Shown here: positions 22,201 through 32,909 of the stretch, one piece after another
Layout: each line of letters begins with the position of its first letter
Numbering within the stretch: position 1 is the stretch's first letter
Assembly (NCBI RefSeq): GCF_001194135.2
Contig: NC_068991.1
Coordinates: 39,336,255-39,380,235, forward strand
Origin: Octopus bimaculoides
Lineage: Eukaryota
Direction: 5' to 3'
DNA: 43,981 nt
Made by a program: the position numbers and the translations under genes
The notes under the pieces: generated by a model
Seen by the model: only the letters and a program-made list of their open reading frames with translations
What the model was told of the DNA's origin: nothing
Databases searched by the model: none

Positions 22201-25200
22201 ATTAGCAGTGATGTAGTTTAGGCCTTTCAGCATAAAGAGAATGGCAAAAAATCATAGGGTATGTCCAGAAGACAAAAAAAAAATGCCTATGATTTCATTT
22301 GCACTTTCAGTATTTAGCAATTATGGAAGTGCTTTGTTTCAAAAATGTTGGATCTAAATTCTAAGAGACCTATACTGAAAATCATGAAACACAAGTTGTT
22401 TAGCTGCAATGCATTATGTATGTGTTGTTAATTTTGAAGAAAAAACATGTAATCTATTATTATTGATTTTATAAGGGGCCTCCCTCTGATGGAATACAGT
22501 GACAAATAGCATCATAAGTCAAGTGGCCATCCAATTTTTTTTTCCTTCTTTACAATTTTAATTACCAACTTTATTTTCATTATGTTTTTTTTACAATTAT
22601 TGTCTTTGCGTGTGTATATAGATTTTATAAGCAACAATGGAAGAGCCACTGTGATGAATACATACAAACTAATATGTATATGTTTGTATTGTAGTCCCAC
22701 TATATGAAAATATCATTTTCATGTGTATTTAGGCAAGTTGGCTGGGAGGAACCCATTTTCTCCACTTTATATCCATGCTGCAGTGCTGAATATAGCATTG
22801 CCATCTATGAAATGCATATCAGTTTAACAATGTTATTACTAATGATGTAACATTGCTAACATATTCTAATAATACTGTAAAACATGTGGTGAAACTGTAC
22901 AGGCTTTCATATATATTCTGTGTATCATATTGAAATTAAGTTGTTGGTAGTGGTAATGTTGATGTGATAACACTATACATGATTTTCCCTATATTATAGG
23001 TAATGTAATTCATGATTTCTTTATGGGACACGAATTGAATCCTCGAATTGGTCCTTTGGATATGAAAATTTTGAATTTCCGAATGAGTTTTCTTACCTGG
23101 CTGATGATGGATATGTGCCTTGTTCTGAAAGCTAGCCAAGATGATGGTGGAATTTCTCCCTCTATTGCAATTGTTACAATCTTCCAACTTATTTACATTG
23201 CTGATATGCTCTGGTTTGAGGTAAGTTCTGTTTTTGATTGATTTCTTATGTCTTTGTACTGAACCAGTTTTTGCAGGGGTGGAATTATTTTAAATGTATT
23301 GTGTAGTATAAGTGCTACACAACAGCTAAGTGGATTATTGGGCCATTAGAAATTGAGTGTCTTGATCATGAACATATTGTAGTACCAGTTATAGATATGA
23401 ACAGCTAACTTTTTGGCTTTTAGTTCAACATGCCACCAACTTAACCAGGTACACTCACATACGTGTTGATTTACATGTTGAAAGCCATCTATGTGGTTAG
23501 CAATCATTCACTCACTAACTCTCCTTAGCCATCTTGTCAATCTGAATTTGTGTTCTCCTGGTCTCTTCTACTGTTACTATTACAATATATATTTTTCTGG
23601 ACTTGCTGACTATATATACCATCCTTATATAAATTTCTTACCTCCTTGGCTATCATTTGATTTTCTTACCTTTTGGTCCTATACTAAACACTTTGCTCAA
23701 ACTTTCTTCCCTAGAGTTGCATGCCTATTTTTGTATGATTTCTCTTTCAACCACTAACTTTGTAGGATTGAAACTAAGCATTAACCATGTTAACCTATGT
23801 AAAACCATCTCCTGATGTAGGGCTGTTCCTCAAACACTAAATTATTGCCACTCTTTGTAGCCTCTTAACATTTATTACATTAAGTTTGCTAATACAAACT
23901 ACCTAATCCCCATGAATTCTAGTGATAATATTCATAGCCAGGCTAATTCTCTCTATTATCCAGTTTAAGTGGGTCTGAAAAGGCTATATGTACCATCTCT
24001 CATCTTCACTGTACCTAATAAAATGAAATGCAATAAGTACCATACATGACAGTATATATAAAATTTGATCTTAAAAAAAGGACAAGAATAAAAGCTCTTG
24101 GAAAGAAGTCATTTAAAAAACCAGGAATAGAATATAAATTATTATTCTTTTGCTTTTATATTTATTCTGATATTCTTTAACAGAATGGTAGTGAATCTTA
24201 TATATTCAGTCATCTGGTCCAGCACATATGCTACCAGTAATTAATTGATCTTGAGGAAACTATGTTTGACTTTCAAAGTTGGCTTCAGCAGATCCTCCAC
24301 ACTAATCCTTCTCAGTCATCTACTCACTATCAATATCTGTGTTCTTTTGTGACTATGACAGTCTGATCCCACCTGAACTAAGTGACTGTATTATCTTCAT
24401 GTAAATCTTTTCTTACTGCTTTTCCTTCCATTATTCCATTGTGTCTAACCCTCTAACCCTATTTTTGTGTGCCAAGGAGAAATATCAAATTTCTTTTTTA
24501 ATTATGCTTATGTTTATTCATATTTAGTTTCTCAGTGATTGTTAATTTTTGTTTTTGTTATTTATATTGGCTCCTATGATGTTTGTATTTTCAGGAAACA
24601 CTCTTAGTCAGTATGGATATTCTCCATGATGGCTATGGTTTCATGGCAGTTTTTGGCAATATGGTATGGATTCCTTATGTTTACTGTATTCAAGGACTTT
24701 ACTTGGTGCGACATAAAGTACTGCTTCCCTATTATATATTGGCTCTCATTGCTGTGTTAAATTGTAAGTATGAAATACTATTTTGATAATTTGTCTGGAT
24801 ATTCAAGTTATCTAAATTGAATATGTGTGTGTGTGTAAATATACAGCAGTATGATTGTGCGGTTAAGAACTTCATTTCACAACCACGTGGTTTCAGGTTC
24901 TGTTCCATTGCAATGTCCCTTCTGTCCCATTGCAATAATCTTGCACTATTATACCATGTTGACCAAAGCCTTCTGAATGAAGTTAACAGGTGGAAACTAA
25001 AATAAGCCTATCATCTGTGTGTGTGTATGTACATGTGCACCCATGCACATATTTGTACACAAATGAATCTGAATGTTAAAATTTGGTCTTGTTTCTAATA
25101 CATGTGAAATAAGATATTCCTTACTTGAAAAATAGGTATGGGATAATAGCAAGAAGGGCATCTGGTTGTAAAACCAGATGCCCTTAATAATATATTTGTC

Positions 25201-26142
25201 TAACCTCATGGCAGAATGAGTGTAAAAATGAAACAGATTCTCTGTCTGTATGTCTCTCTCTATATATGTGTGTGCACATGTACACACAAATATATAATCA
25301 TCATCATCATTTAACATCCATTTTGCCATGCTTGCATGGGTCAGATGGAATTAGTTGAGGCAGCTTTTCTATTGCTGGATACCCTTCCTGTTGTCAACTT
25401 CCACCTGTTTCCAAGCAAGGTAATATTTCTCCATGGCCAGACATGTTCACTGGAAATGAACATCACTTGTATTATGGGAATGCTCATTTACAGCCAACAC
25501 ATGATGTCAAGACAAGGATACACACAAACATGTATGGTAGTTAGACTTTAGAGTCCCTCTTAGCGTGAGGCATTCATGTATAGTAATGCCCTTATATAAA
25601 TTAATAAATATATTTATAGGGAATAAATGATGGATTTTTCCCTTATGAGATTTTTTCATGCTAACTGCCTGATAAATTCTTATAAAGACTTTATCCTATA
25701 CTTGAATTATACATATATATATATACATTTCCTTCTACTAAATGTACATATAAGGCTTTGGTTACCCCCAGCAAATACTGCCAGACAGTGGAACTGAATC
25801 TGAAACACATAGTTGGGAAGCATGCATCTTAGCCATACAGCTATGCCTGCACACACACACATTTTTTCACTTGTTACAGTCTTTGGACTGCAGTCATGCT
25901 GGGGCACTACCATGATTTTTTTTTAGCTCAAAAGAATCGACTCAACTACTTAATTTGTTTTTTTTAAACTGAAATTTATTCTGTCAGCCTTTTTTTTTTT
26001 TTTGCCAAACTGCTTAGTTGTGGGTCATGAACAAACTAAGAAGGTGTGGTGGAGGACGCACACACACACACAAGGGAGATAATCAGATTGGCAAACGTTA
26101 ACAATGTAGATGTCCAGTTGTTGCCAAACCTATTTATCTATC

Positions 26143-26189
<47 letters not shown>

Positions 26190-28058
26190 TAAAGAAATTA
26201 AGTCTAAGAAATAAAGAAATATCTCTGTTTTGGATGATAATCAATTTGTATGCTTGTAGTTGCACATAATTCATTGCCTGTCACCTCATTTTTATAGCCA
26301 AGTCTGGCATACAAGCAAACCTGTTTATAGGATTTGTAAGATGTAACTGTTACTCAGTGTGGCTTTTAGTGACATTTTGTGCATTAGGACATGAGTAATT
26401 GGAACTGAAGCTTTTTAACTTTTGGCATTTTGTGTGTGAGTGTGAATGGGTTTGTATGTGTAATTATAAAGTTACAGGAATGTAAGAATTCTTCACATTA
26501 TTTGAATCATCTGAACTAAAGGTTATTTTGTTGTTACTTTACATACAGTTTTTAACGTTTTTGTAAAGCCTTATGTATGAGTTTGTATGTGTGTGCATTG
26601 AAATATATTATGTCAGGCTGTGTGGCTAAAAAGTTTGCTTCCCAAGCATATGGGTTCAGGTCCACTGTGTGACACCTTGGGTAAGTGACTTCTGCTATAG
26701 CTCTGGACTGACAAAAACTTTGTAAATGGATTTTGTGGATGAAAACTGAAAGTCCATTGCATATGTTTGTGTGTATGTTTGTGTCTCCTTGTCTTGACAT
26801 CTTGTGATTGTTATAAATGAAATCATTTCTAATATTCTGCAAAGGAATGTCTAGCCATATGAAAATATTACTTTGCTTGAAAACAAGCAAGGGTTAGCAA
26901 CAAGAAGGATATCTGATTATAGCAGTTCTGCCTCAATAAACTTTTCTGTTCTGAGTTCACACATTACCAGAGTCAATACTTTGGCAAAATAAATACAAGT
27001 CAACTACACCTTCTCTCAAAATTTTCCCCATGTATGTGGGGTGCAGTTATGGGTTCTTCTCTATGTTAATGGTGTACAGTACATATTTTGGCATGGAAAA
27101 GTGTGCATTAAATAAGAGAAAAATGGAAACTATGAGGAAACTGGTAATGGTCTGTGTCTGCAATAATGAGTCGATAGGAAAATTCAGTAGGTTTTAACAG
27201 TTGAAACCCTTGTCTGAAAGGTCTCAAAACATTAAATCTTTCACTCCTCCTCCTCTTCTCCTTCTACTACAGTAAAACTCAATGCACATTAATGTAAAAT
27301 TACATGGATTTTTAACACATGGGCCTCTGTGTCTAATTTTACCTGTCACTTGGGCTCCTGGGCAAAAACAATAAATAGTTACAAACACAGCTCAAGAGTA
27401 ACGACTGCAGGCAAACTAATGGACAGAATCACAAAAAAATTCAGGCCAATAACAGTTATCACCTATCTCTTTACTGTATTTGTTCACCCAAATCGTTACT
27501 TTTCTCATCACTTTCAGCAGTCTGAGTATCTGAATCACTTATGTTATCTGTGTAAGGCTAAACTCTTTGTCCAAAGTATGAATAACATCAATAATTTCCT
27601 CTGCTGCAAAGATACTAGGTTTTTCTCATTTGCCAAACGAAGTACTGGGTTGATCACATATTCATTCCATTGCAAAAATCTATTTTTGTTTAATTAAAAA
27701 CAAAAGTAAACAACAGCTATAAAGGATGTCATTAGCAATGAGTCACAAACACACTTGACAACAAAGACAAAACATGATAAGTTGTCTATTTTTAGTATTT
27801 TATTTTCTGGGGTTAATTAGATTATTGAGAGCAACGTACCATCATGGTACAAATATGAAATGGATCAATCCATCAAGCTTCAAAAGGTACTGCAGAGTGA
27901 GAGGATTTTTAGATTGAATTTTATGTGTTTTGCTATTTTGCTGTGCAGGATTCAACTCTTTTAAAAGGATCTATGTGAGTCTCATCTAGAAGTTTACTGA
28001 ACTGATTGTCTATTTGCAGGATACTCCCAACCATAAACAAATTGACTAAGGATGGATA

Positions 28059-28103
<45 letters not shown>

Positions 28104-29891
28104 GAAGGCAGTGAGCTGGCAGAATTGTTAGCATGCTGGGCAAAATTCTTAGCAGCATTTCGTCTGTCTGCACATTTTGAGTTCAAATTCTGCTGAGGTC
28201 AACTTTGCCTTTCATACTTTTTCTGTGTTGATAAAATAGATACAAGTTGAGCACTGGGGTCGATGTAACCAACTTAGCCCCTTCTCTGAAACTGCTGGCC
28301 TTGTGCCAAAATTTGAAACTATTATTATCATTATTAGCAGGATTGTGATAGACAGAATCAGTAGAGCAGCTGGAAGAAATGCATTGTACCTAGTTACATC
28401 CTTTTCTGTTCTGAGTTCACACATTACCAGAATCAACTTTGTTTTTTATTGCTTTGGCTTTGATAAAATAAATACAAGTCAACTACACCTTCTCTCAAAA
28501 TTTGCCCCCTGTATGTGGGGTTCAGTTATGTTTTGTTAAGGATCAGGAACTGTTCAGTATTTTCAGGCCTTGGTGAAGAAACCCAGTCTTCATGGGTTCT
28601 TCTCTATGTTAATGGTGTACCGTACATATTTTAGATTTTTGTACTGACTTCCCTTACCACTGTAACATTTTATAAAAAAAATACTTCTCTATGGATTGTT
28701 TGTTGTATTGGAGTTCTGTCCATTTTTGTCAGATGATTCTTAAAGCTCATTAAATTTTGTGTGAATAAATTCAATCTTGACAGTGTGATTCTCTCCCAGC
28801 TGCTAACTGCAGTTAGACTTGTTTTCTGTAGGAGCAGGTAGATTCGATGCCTGTCCTAGTCCTTCCAGCTATAAAACTGACATTTAATTCAACTGGGTAT
28901 TTTTTTTTAAATGTAAAATATTGTGGTTTCGTAAAGTGCAAAACCAGTTAAACTTTTATTTAAAACTAAACTCCTCTTGTATCAAAATTCTTTAAAATTT
29001 TATAATTTCTCATTTTCATAGAGTTGTCCAAAGATGGTTTTCAGTAGTAATTTAGGGATAAAATTCACAGCCATTTAAATTTTTTTTTAAATGTTATTTT
29101 CCCATTTCCTTTTTAGTTGTTGGTTATGTCATTTACCGTGGATCAACCTCTCAGAAATATGAATTTAGAAAAGATCCATTCCAACTCAGCATGGCCCGTA
29201 AGCATAATTTTTTTTCTCCACCTCTATCCTTTTCTTCTTATTCTCTAAAGAATAAGATATTATATGAGAACTGTATTCCTGTTTGAAGTCTTCAAAAAGA
29301 AGAGCTTTCATATGTAGACCAATTACATTAAAAAGAGATTTCATTATCTGAACAAGTAATATTGGAAACAAATAATATTAACTAAAACTTAGTTTTTATA
29401 ACTGTCAAATAGTAAGTAGTATATGTAGTAAGCAATGTTTTTGACTTATTGCAGATCTTGAGAGTATACCATCAATAAGTGGTAAACGCCTTCTCGTATC
29501 GGGTTGGTGGAAACTTTGTCGCAAACCAAACTACTTGGGTGATATCATCATGTCTGTTGCCTGGTCTCTTACGTGTGGTAAGTTGTATACTCTTTAATCA
29601 AACTTTTACAAAACAATAAACTACTTTTATATCCATGACCACTGGAATGATTTTGCAGAAAAGAAAAAGATCAACATCAGCCATCTCTATTACTCTTATT
29701 ATGTTCCTATTAATGATAGGCAAGGATTAAGATTAGTGATTCTGTATTAGTTACATGTTTCCTTACCAAATTTAACATTCAGTGAGCTGTGCAGGTCTCA
29801 CAGGTCAAATATAAGTCCTACCTGCTAAACTGGCCTTAAACATTTATTTACTTCAGTGGTAGCCCCTGAGAATGTCACTGAAATAAATAAC

Positions 29892-29924
<33 letters not shown>

Positions 29925-31515
29925 CAGGTATATCAAGAGCTAGAGAACTGTTTGATTAAAAATAATGCCAATTTAACATTAGCTTTCAGTAGACATAAAT
30001 GCAAATATCTCTTCCTTACTTTTTCCTTGTTTTAAATCAACTAACTCATTTGGCACAAATTGATTCTGTTAAGACATTTTCTAATTTTCTTGAGGACCCT
30101 ATTTTTTCTAGGACTAAACAAGCTTTATATTGAAAGAGTAACTCCTCACTGAAATATGTAAAAGAGGCTTTTATTTCATTTACTAAAGTGACTTTTCTTT
30201 CAATCTTCTTCAAGTTGTATTTATGTGGTTATTTTAGAAAATTTTTCCTTTACATACAAACACACACACAATAAGTGCTGGCAAGGTTGTCCGGTACATT
30301 GTGAGTGAAATTTGCTAGTTGGAGACTGTCAGAAGCACTTCTTGTACATACAATGTGTGTGCTTGTTTACATCTTCTGTAAACAATGTCCTTTAGCTCTT
30401 CAGTTGCAATGTGTGAAAACTCAGTATCATAAAAGTGGTCCTTCTGATCGTTTGGTAGTCCTGCTTGTGGGGCGTAGGCAGAGATAATTGTTGCTATAGG
30501 AAAAGTACCTGACTTGAAAAACAAGTAAGGGCTGGAAGAACATTCAGCTGCAAGATACTATCTTGATAAATCTTATCCAGCCCATGCCAGTATGGAAATA
30601 AAATGACATGAAATGATGAATACACACACACACGTGTGTAAATGAGCATGTACATATATATTTATACACATACATATACATGCATTTAAGTATATGTCCA
30701 GTCATGGAGTGAGCAATGGTTTTGCAACCATAAAGGGCTTAGCCCCATAGATGACTCATATATATACACATACATGCCGTGACATGCAAAAAGCACCCAC
30801 TACACTCTTGGAGTGGTTGGCATTAGGAAGGGTATCCAGCTGTAGAAACCAAGCCAAAATCAGACTGGAGTATGGTACAGTTCTCTGGCTTACCAGTTCC
30901 AGTCAAACCATCTAACTAATGCCAGCATGGAAAACAGATCCTAAATGATTATTACATATATATATATATATACAGTCAGATTTTTAAGATTTTAAGATTC
31001 ATAATGTCATTTGTGAATGCCCATCATTGATAATTTTAATCCTCTCTCACTCCTTTACGTTCATGTTATATAGATACAAAATATTTTCTTGCTTTGTTGA
31101 TCTGTATCTATGTAGTGATTTATCAGATTGAATATTGATTAAATTGAGTGCTTGGCACTTATTTTATTGACTTGAAAAATGAAAGGCAGTGTCAATTTCT
31201 TGATCAAATAATTAAAAGTTTGTTTTTACCATTCCATTTCCTTTTAGATTTTCAATCATCAATTAAGTTCACTAATAAAATAAATTTCTTTTCATTTATT
31301 GATTGTCATTTATTGCATTTGTTATATTTCCTCTTTTTTTCTTTCTTTCTTTAGGATTTGGAAGTATTGTGCCTTATTTCTATCCCATCATTTGTATAAC
31401 CTTCCTAATTTTACGGGAGCGTAGAGATTATAATCTCTGTAAGAAAAAGCATGGCATTAGCTGGGACCATTACTGCAATGCTGTTAAGTATCGGATCTTC
31501 CCTTATATCTACTAA
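13231..31515 (+). CDS. LBR: Lamin B receptor / delta(14)-sterol reductase family (ERG4/ERG24), 10 coding exons, 516 aa: join(13231-13248,18017-18205,18690-18896,19916-20102,21830-22024,23000-23220,24595-24763,29117-29197,29455-29577,31355-31515)
   Basis: All introns are GT-AG with compatible phases (0,0,0,1,1,0,1,1,1). Total 1551 nt = 517 codons including the stop. RS-repeat N-terminus followed by ERG24 motifs [50 protein letters not shown], and a C-terminus KYRIFPYIY* resembling vertebrate LBR. The RS domain favours LBR over TM7SF2. Confidence 0.95.
16350..17623 (+). mobile_element. Tc1-family DNA transposon, near full length (~1.27 kb), in an LBR intron
   Basis: TIRs CAGGGGTTGGACAAAATAATGGAAACAAC and rc CAGGGGTTGGACGAAATGATGGAAACACC (29 bp, 3 mismatches). 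TA on the left, TG on the right (likely a mutated TA TSD). Confidence 0.93.
16539..17571 (+). pseudogene. Tc1 transposase, frameshifted, with a 59-N gap
   Basis: [14 protein letters not shown] (paired-like HTH), [22 protein letters not shown] (D1), [16 protein letters not shown] (D2), [11 protein letters not shown] (E), KGGPTSY*. Frameshift just after FQDDN and further lesions near the C-terminus. Confidence 0.92.
17700..17930 (+). mobile_element. RTE-type SINE tail module
   Basis: cttgacatcatgatagttataaac...aatattactttgcttgggaacaggtgagggttg..agaagggcatccagctatagaaaatc...gtaaaaatgatgg, shared with 26790-26938 and the reverse complement of 25310-25520. Confidence 0.7.
18017..18205 (+). CDS. 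LBR: LBR coding exon 2: RS domain
   Basis: [22 protein letters not shown]...SPPK...RISSRIAAK. Acceptor tttatttcag, weak donor AAG|GTTACT. Confidence 0.88.
18690..18896 (+). CDS. LBR: LBR coding exon 3: linker and first TM segment
   Basis: EEKKLF...[29 protein letters not shown], donor AAG|GTAAGA. Confidence 0.9.
19916..20102 (+). CDS. LBR: LBR coding exon 4
   Basis: [12 protein letters not shown]...[34 protein letters not shown](G), donor G|GTAAGT. Confidence 0.95.
20614..20730 (-). mobile_element. Inverted RTE-type SINE tail ending in (ATG)n
   Basis: The reverse complement reads ggcaggaagggcatccagccatagaaaatc...ggaaaactggatgttaaaacaatgatgatgatg. Confidence 0.7.
20732..21180 (+). mobile_element. 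3' fragment of an RTE-clade LINE (ORF end plus 3' UTR)
   Basis: [31 protein letters not shown] resembles RTE ORF C-termini. It continues into tggttggtgttaggaagggcatc...ccatgccatcatggaaaacag, the tail shared with many local SINEs. Confidence 0.75.
21830..22024 (+). CDS. LBR: LBR coding exon 5
   Basis: (G)[12 protein letters not shown]...[19 protein letters not shown](G), strong polypyrimidine acceptor, donor G|GTAAAT. Confidence 0.95.
23000..23220 (+). CDS. LBR: LBR coding exon 6 (sterol reductase signature 1)
   Basis: (G)[22 protein letters not shown]...[13 protein letters not shown], donor GAG|GTAAGT. Confidence 0.97.
24595..24763 (+). CDS. LBR: LBR coding exon 7
   Basis: [38 protein letters not shown]..., donor T|GTAAGT. 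Confidence 0.97.
24845..25230 (+). mobile_element. Modular SINE (head + TG tract + partial RTE-type tail)
   Basis: gtgcggttaagaacttcatttcacaaccacgtggtttcaggttc...gaccaaagcc...ggaaactaaaataagcc, then caagaagggcatctgg. Confidence 0.65.
25300..25530 (-). mobile_element. Inverted RTE-type SINE tail
   Basis: catcatcatcatttaacatccattttgccatgcttgcatgggtcag...gctggatacccttcctgttg...ccaagcaaggtaatatttctccatgg is the reverse complement of the tail module. Confidence 0.75.
26155..26188. repeat. (TA)n microsatellite
   Basis: Direct reading. Confidence 0.97.
26615..26938 (+). mobile_element. Modular SINE (head + TG-rich linker + RTE-type tail)
   Basis: tgtgtggctaaaaagtttgcttccc...caccttgggtaagtgacttctgctatagc...cttgacatc...aatattactttgcttg...gcctcaataaac. 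Confidence 0.7.
26941..27089 (+). repeat. Local direct duplication, copy 1 (copy 2 at 28401-28632)
   Basis: Shared blocks cttttctgttctgagttcacacattaccaga, aaataaatacaagtcaactacaccttctctcaaaattt and gggttcttctctatgttaatggtgtac.gtacatatttt. Confidence 0.9.
28061..28335 (+). mobile_element. (ATT)14 microsatellite (28061-28103) followed by a near-complete tRNA-derived SINE (28104-28335)
   Basis: gaaggcagtgagctggcagaattgttagc...gagttcaaattctgctgaggtc...ccaaaatttgaaact, with an ATT-type tail. Confidence 0.85.
28401..28632 (+). repeat. Local direct duplication, copy 2
   Basis: Matches 26941-27089 and carries an extra 64 bp (28531-28594). Confidence 0.9.
29117..29197 (+). CDS. LBR: LBR coding exon 8
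   Basis: (F)[26 protein letters not shown](H), donor C|GTAAGC. Confidence 0.95.
29455..29577 (+). CDS. LBR: LBR coding exon 9
   Basis: (H)[40 protein letters not shown](G), donor G|GTAAGT. Confidence 0.97.
30426..30494 (-). mobile_element. RTE LINE apurinic endonuclease fragment
   Basis: [23 protein letters not shown] matches the (I/V)SAYAPQ.G...EK..F motif of RTE APE domains. Confidence 0.75.
30780..30948 (+). mobile_element. RTE 3'-UTR-type tail copy
   Basis: gacatgcaaaaagcaccc...gagtggttggcattaggaagggtatccagctgtagaaacc...gccagcatggaaaacag, as in 20930-21180. Confidence 0.75.
31355..31515 (+). CDS. LBR: LBR terminal coding exon
   Basis: (G)[52 protein letters not shown], long polypyrimidine acceptor. 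Confidence 0.97.
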
Positions 31516-32903
31516 AACCAAAACTAACCACCCTAGTGGTTCTACAAAGACTTTTTCCTCACATTCTTTTAACTGCAGCATTCATTCACACTCTTTTCTA
31601 AATATTTTCTACATCCTATTAATTATTTTTCCCCATTCCATTCCTTTTTCATGATTTTATATGTACATAAAACAAAAAGAACCACATTTTCATTACTTGT
31701 GTATTTGTCTCCATTACTGGGACTCAGGCAATTTTTTTTTTTTTTATATATGTACGTTTTTCATATAAATTTGTTTTTAATTTCAACCCAGTTCTTATAA
31801 CCCCTAAATCATGTTGTCATTTCAACAAGGTCAAAGCATTATAGATTAAGAATAAGTGACTTAGTTACAGATATCAGTTGTAGCCATTTCAAATGTGTAT
31901 GAACATCACTTGCTCATTTACCCTCTTCCACAAATATTCCTTTGTGCATCTATCAATATTCAGTCAATCCAGACATTTTTGGTACACTTTTGTACCCTTT
32001 TAAAATTCAATTCAGATATTATAGGGCTTGTGATCAGTCATACTGTTATTGTTATCTTTATTTTTATTATTATTATTGTCTATAATTCTCCCATTTACCA
32101 TTTATTCAATGTCTGTAGTTAACATTTTACAAAAACTGATCTCATTTCTCAATACATTAAACTTTTTAAAAAATTTTTAAAAACTCATTTAATATGTAGC
32201 TGTATCAGTAACATTACCACAAGTAGTATACAGCGATGATGGTGAAAAGTTTACAGCCATCCAATATTTTTGACTACTATAATACTAGGTTGTGTCAGAT
32301 GCTGTATCACGTTTGCGTAGAAAACATTTTCTTAAAAATACAGCTGAAAAATACTTTTTTTTGTGCTTTTCAAATTCAATGGAATCATTGAATTTGATGA
32401 TTAGCTTTAACTACACAGTCTTTGAGAATATCATTACAAACTATACATCTACTTTTTTTTATTATTATTTATGGACTTTAATTTACACACTTCTTTGCTT
32501 AGCTTTAAATGTCAGAAACTTGAACTTTCATATATTTTTTACTCTTTAACATAAAACATTGGCAGTATTACTAACTGGTGATTTTGTTTTGCTTTAACTA
32601 TATGAGAAAAAATTTACTTGATATTCAATATACAGAATCACTAAGATAGCAAAGAATTTTTAATATAATTTTTGAGATTATTTGTCCCTATTGATTTTCT
32701 TACTGATACAGTTTTAGAATGACATTCCTTTTGTTTTGTCAAACTCTCAATTAGTTACCACGTGGACTCCTATTTGAGACTCTTTACAAACCAAATTTTA
32801 AAATGGAAAATCAGTATTCTTCATTTCTAAAATAATCTGCTTATTTCCCTAGTTATGGTATTTCATATTTGTTTACATTTAGGGATAGAACAGCGAACAT
32901 TTG

Positions 32904-32909
32904 AATAAA
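32904..32909 (+). terminator. Candidate polyadenylation signal (first canonical AATAAA I found after the stop)
   Basis: AATAAA followed by a U/GU-rich tract (ttatgtctttttctctttgtttgt). An ATTAAA alternative lies at 32156. Confidence 0.3.

Noticed and set aside
22992-23006. AG|GTAATG at the start of exon 6 as a recursive splice site
   Set aside because: The GT is forced by a split Gly codon in a conserved phase-1 exon. There is no independent support.
27390-27650. Minus-strand acidic stretch ([13 protein letters not shown]...[12 protein letters not shown]) resembling a piggyBac N-terminus
   Set aside because: Short, interrupted and low complexity, with no clear TTAA/TIR. Not supportable without a search.
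31662-31669. TGTACATA Pumilio-type element in the 3' UTR
   Set aside because: A single 8-mer in AT-rich sequence is expected by chance.
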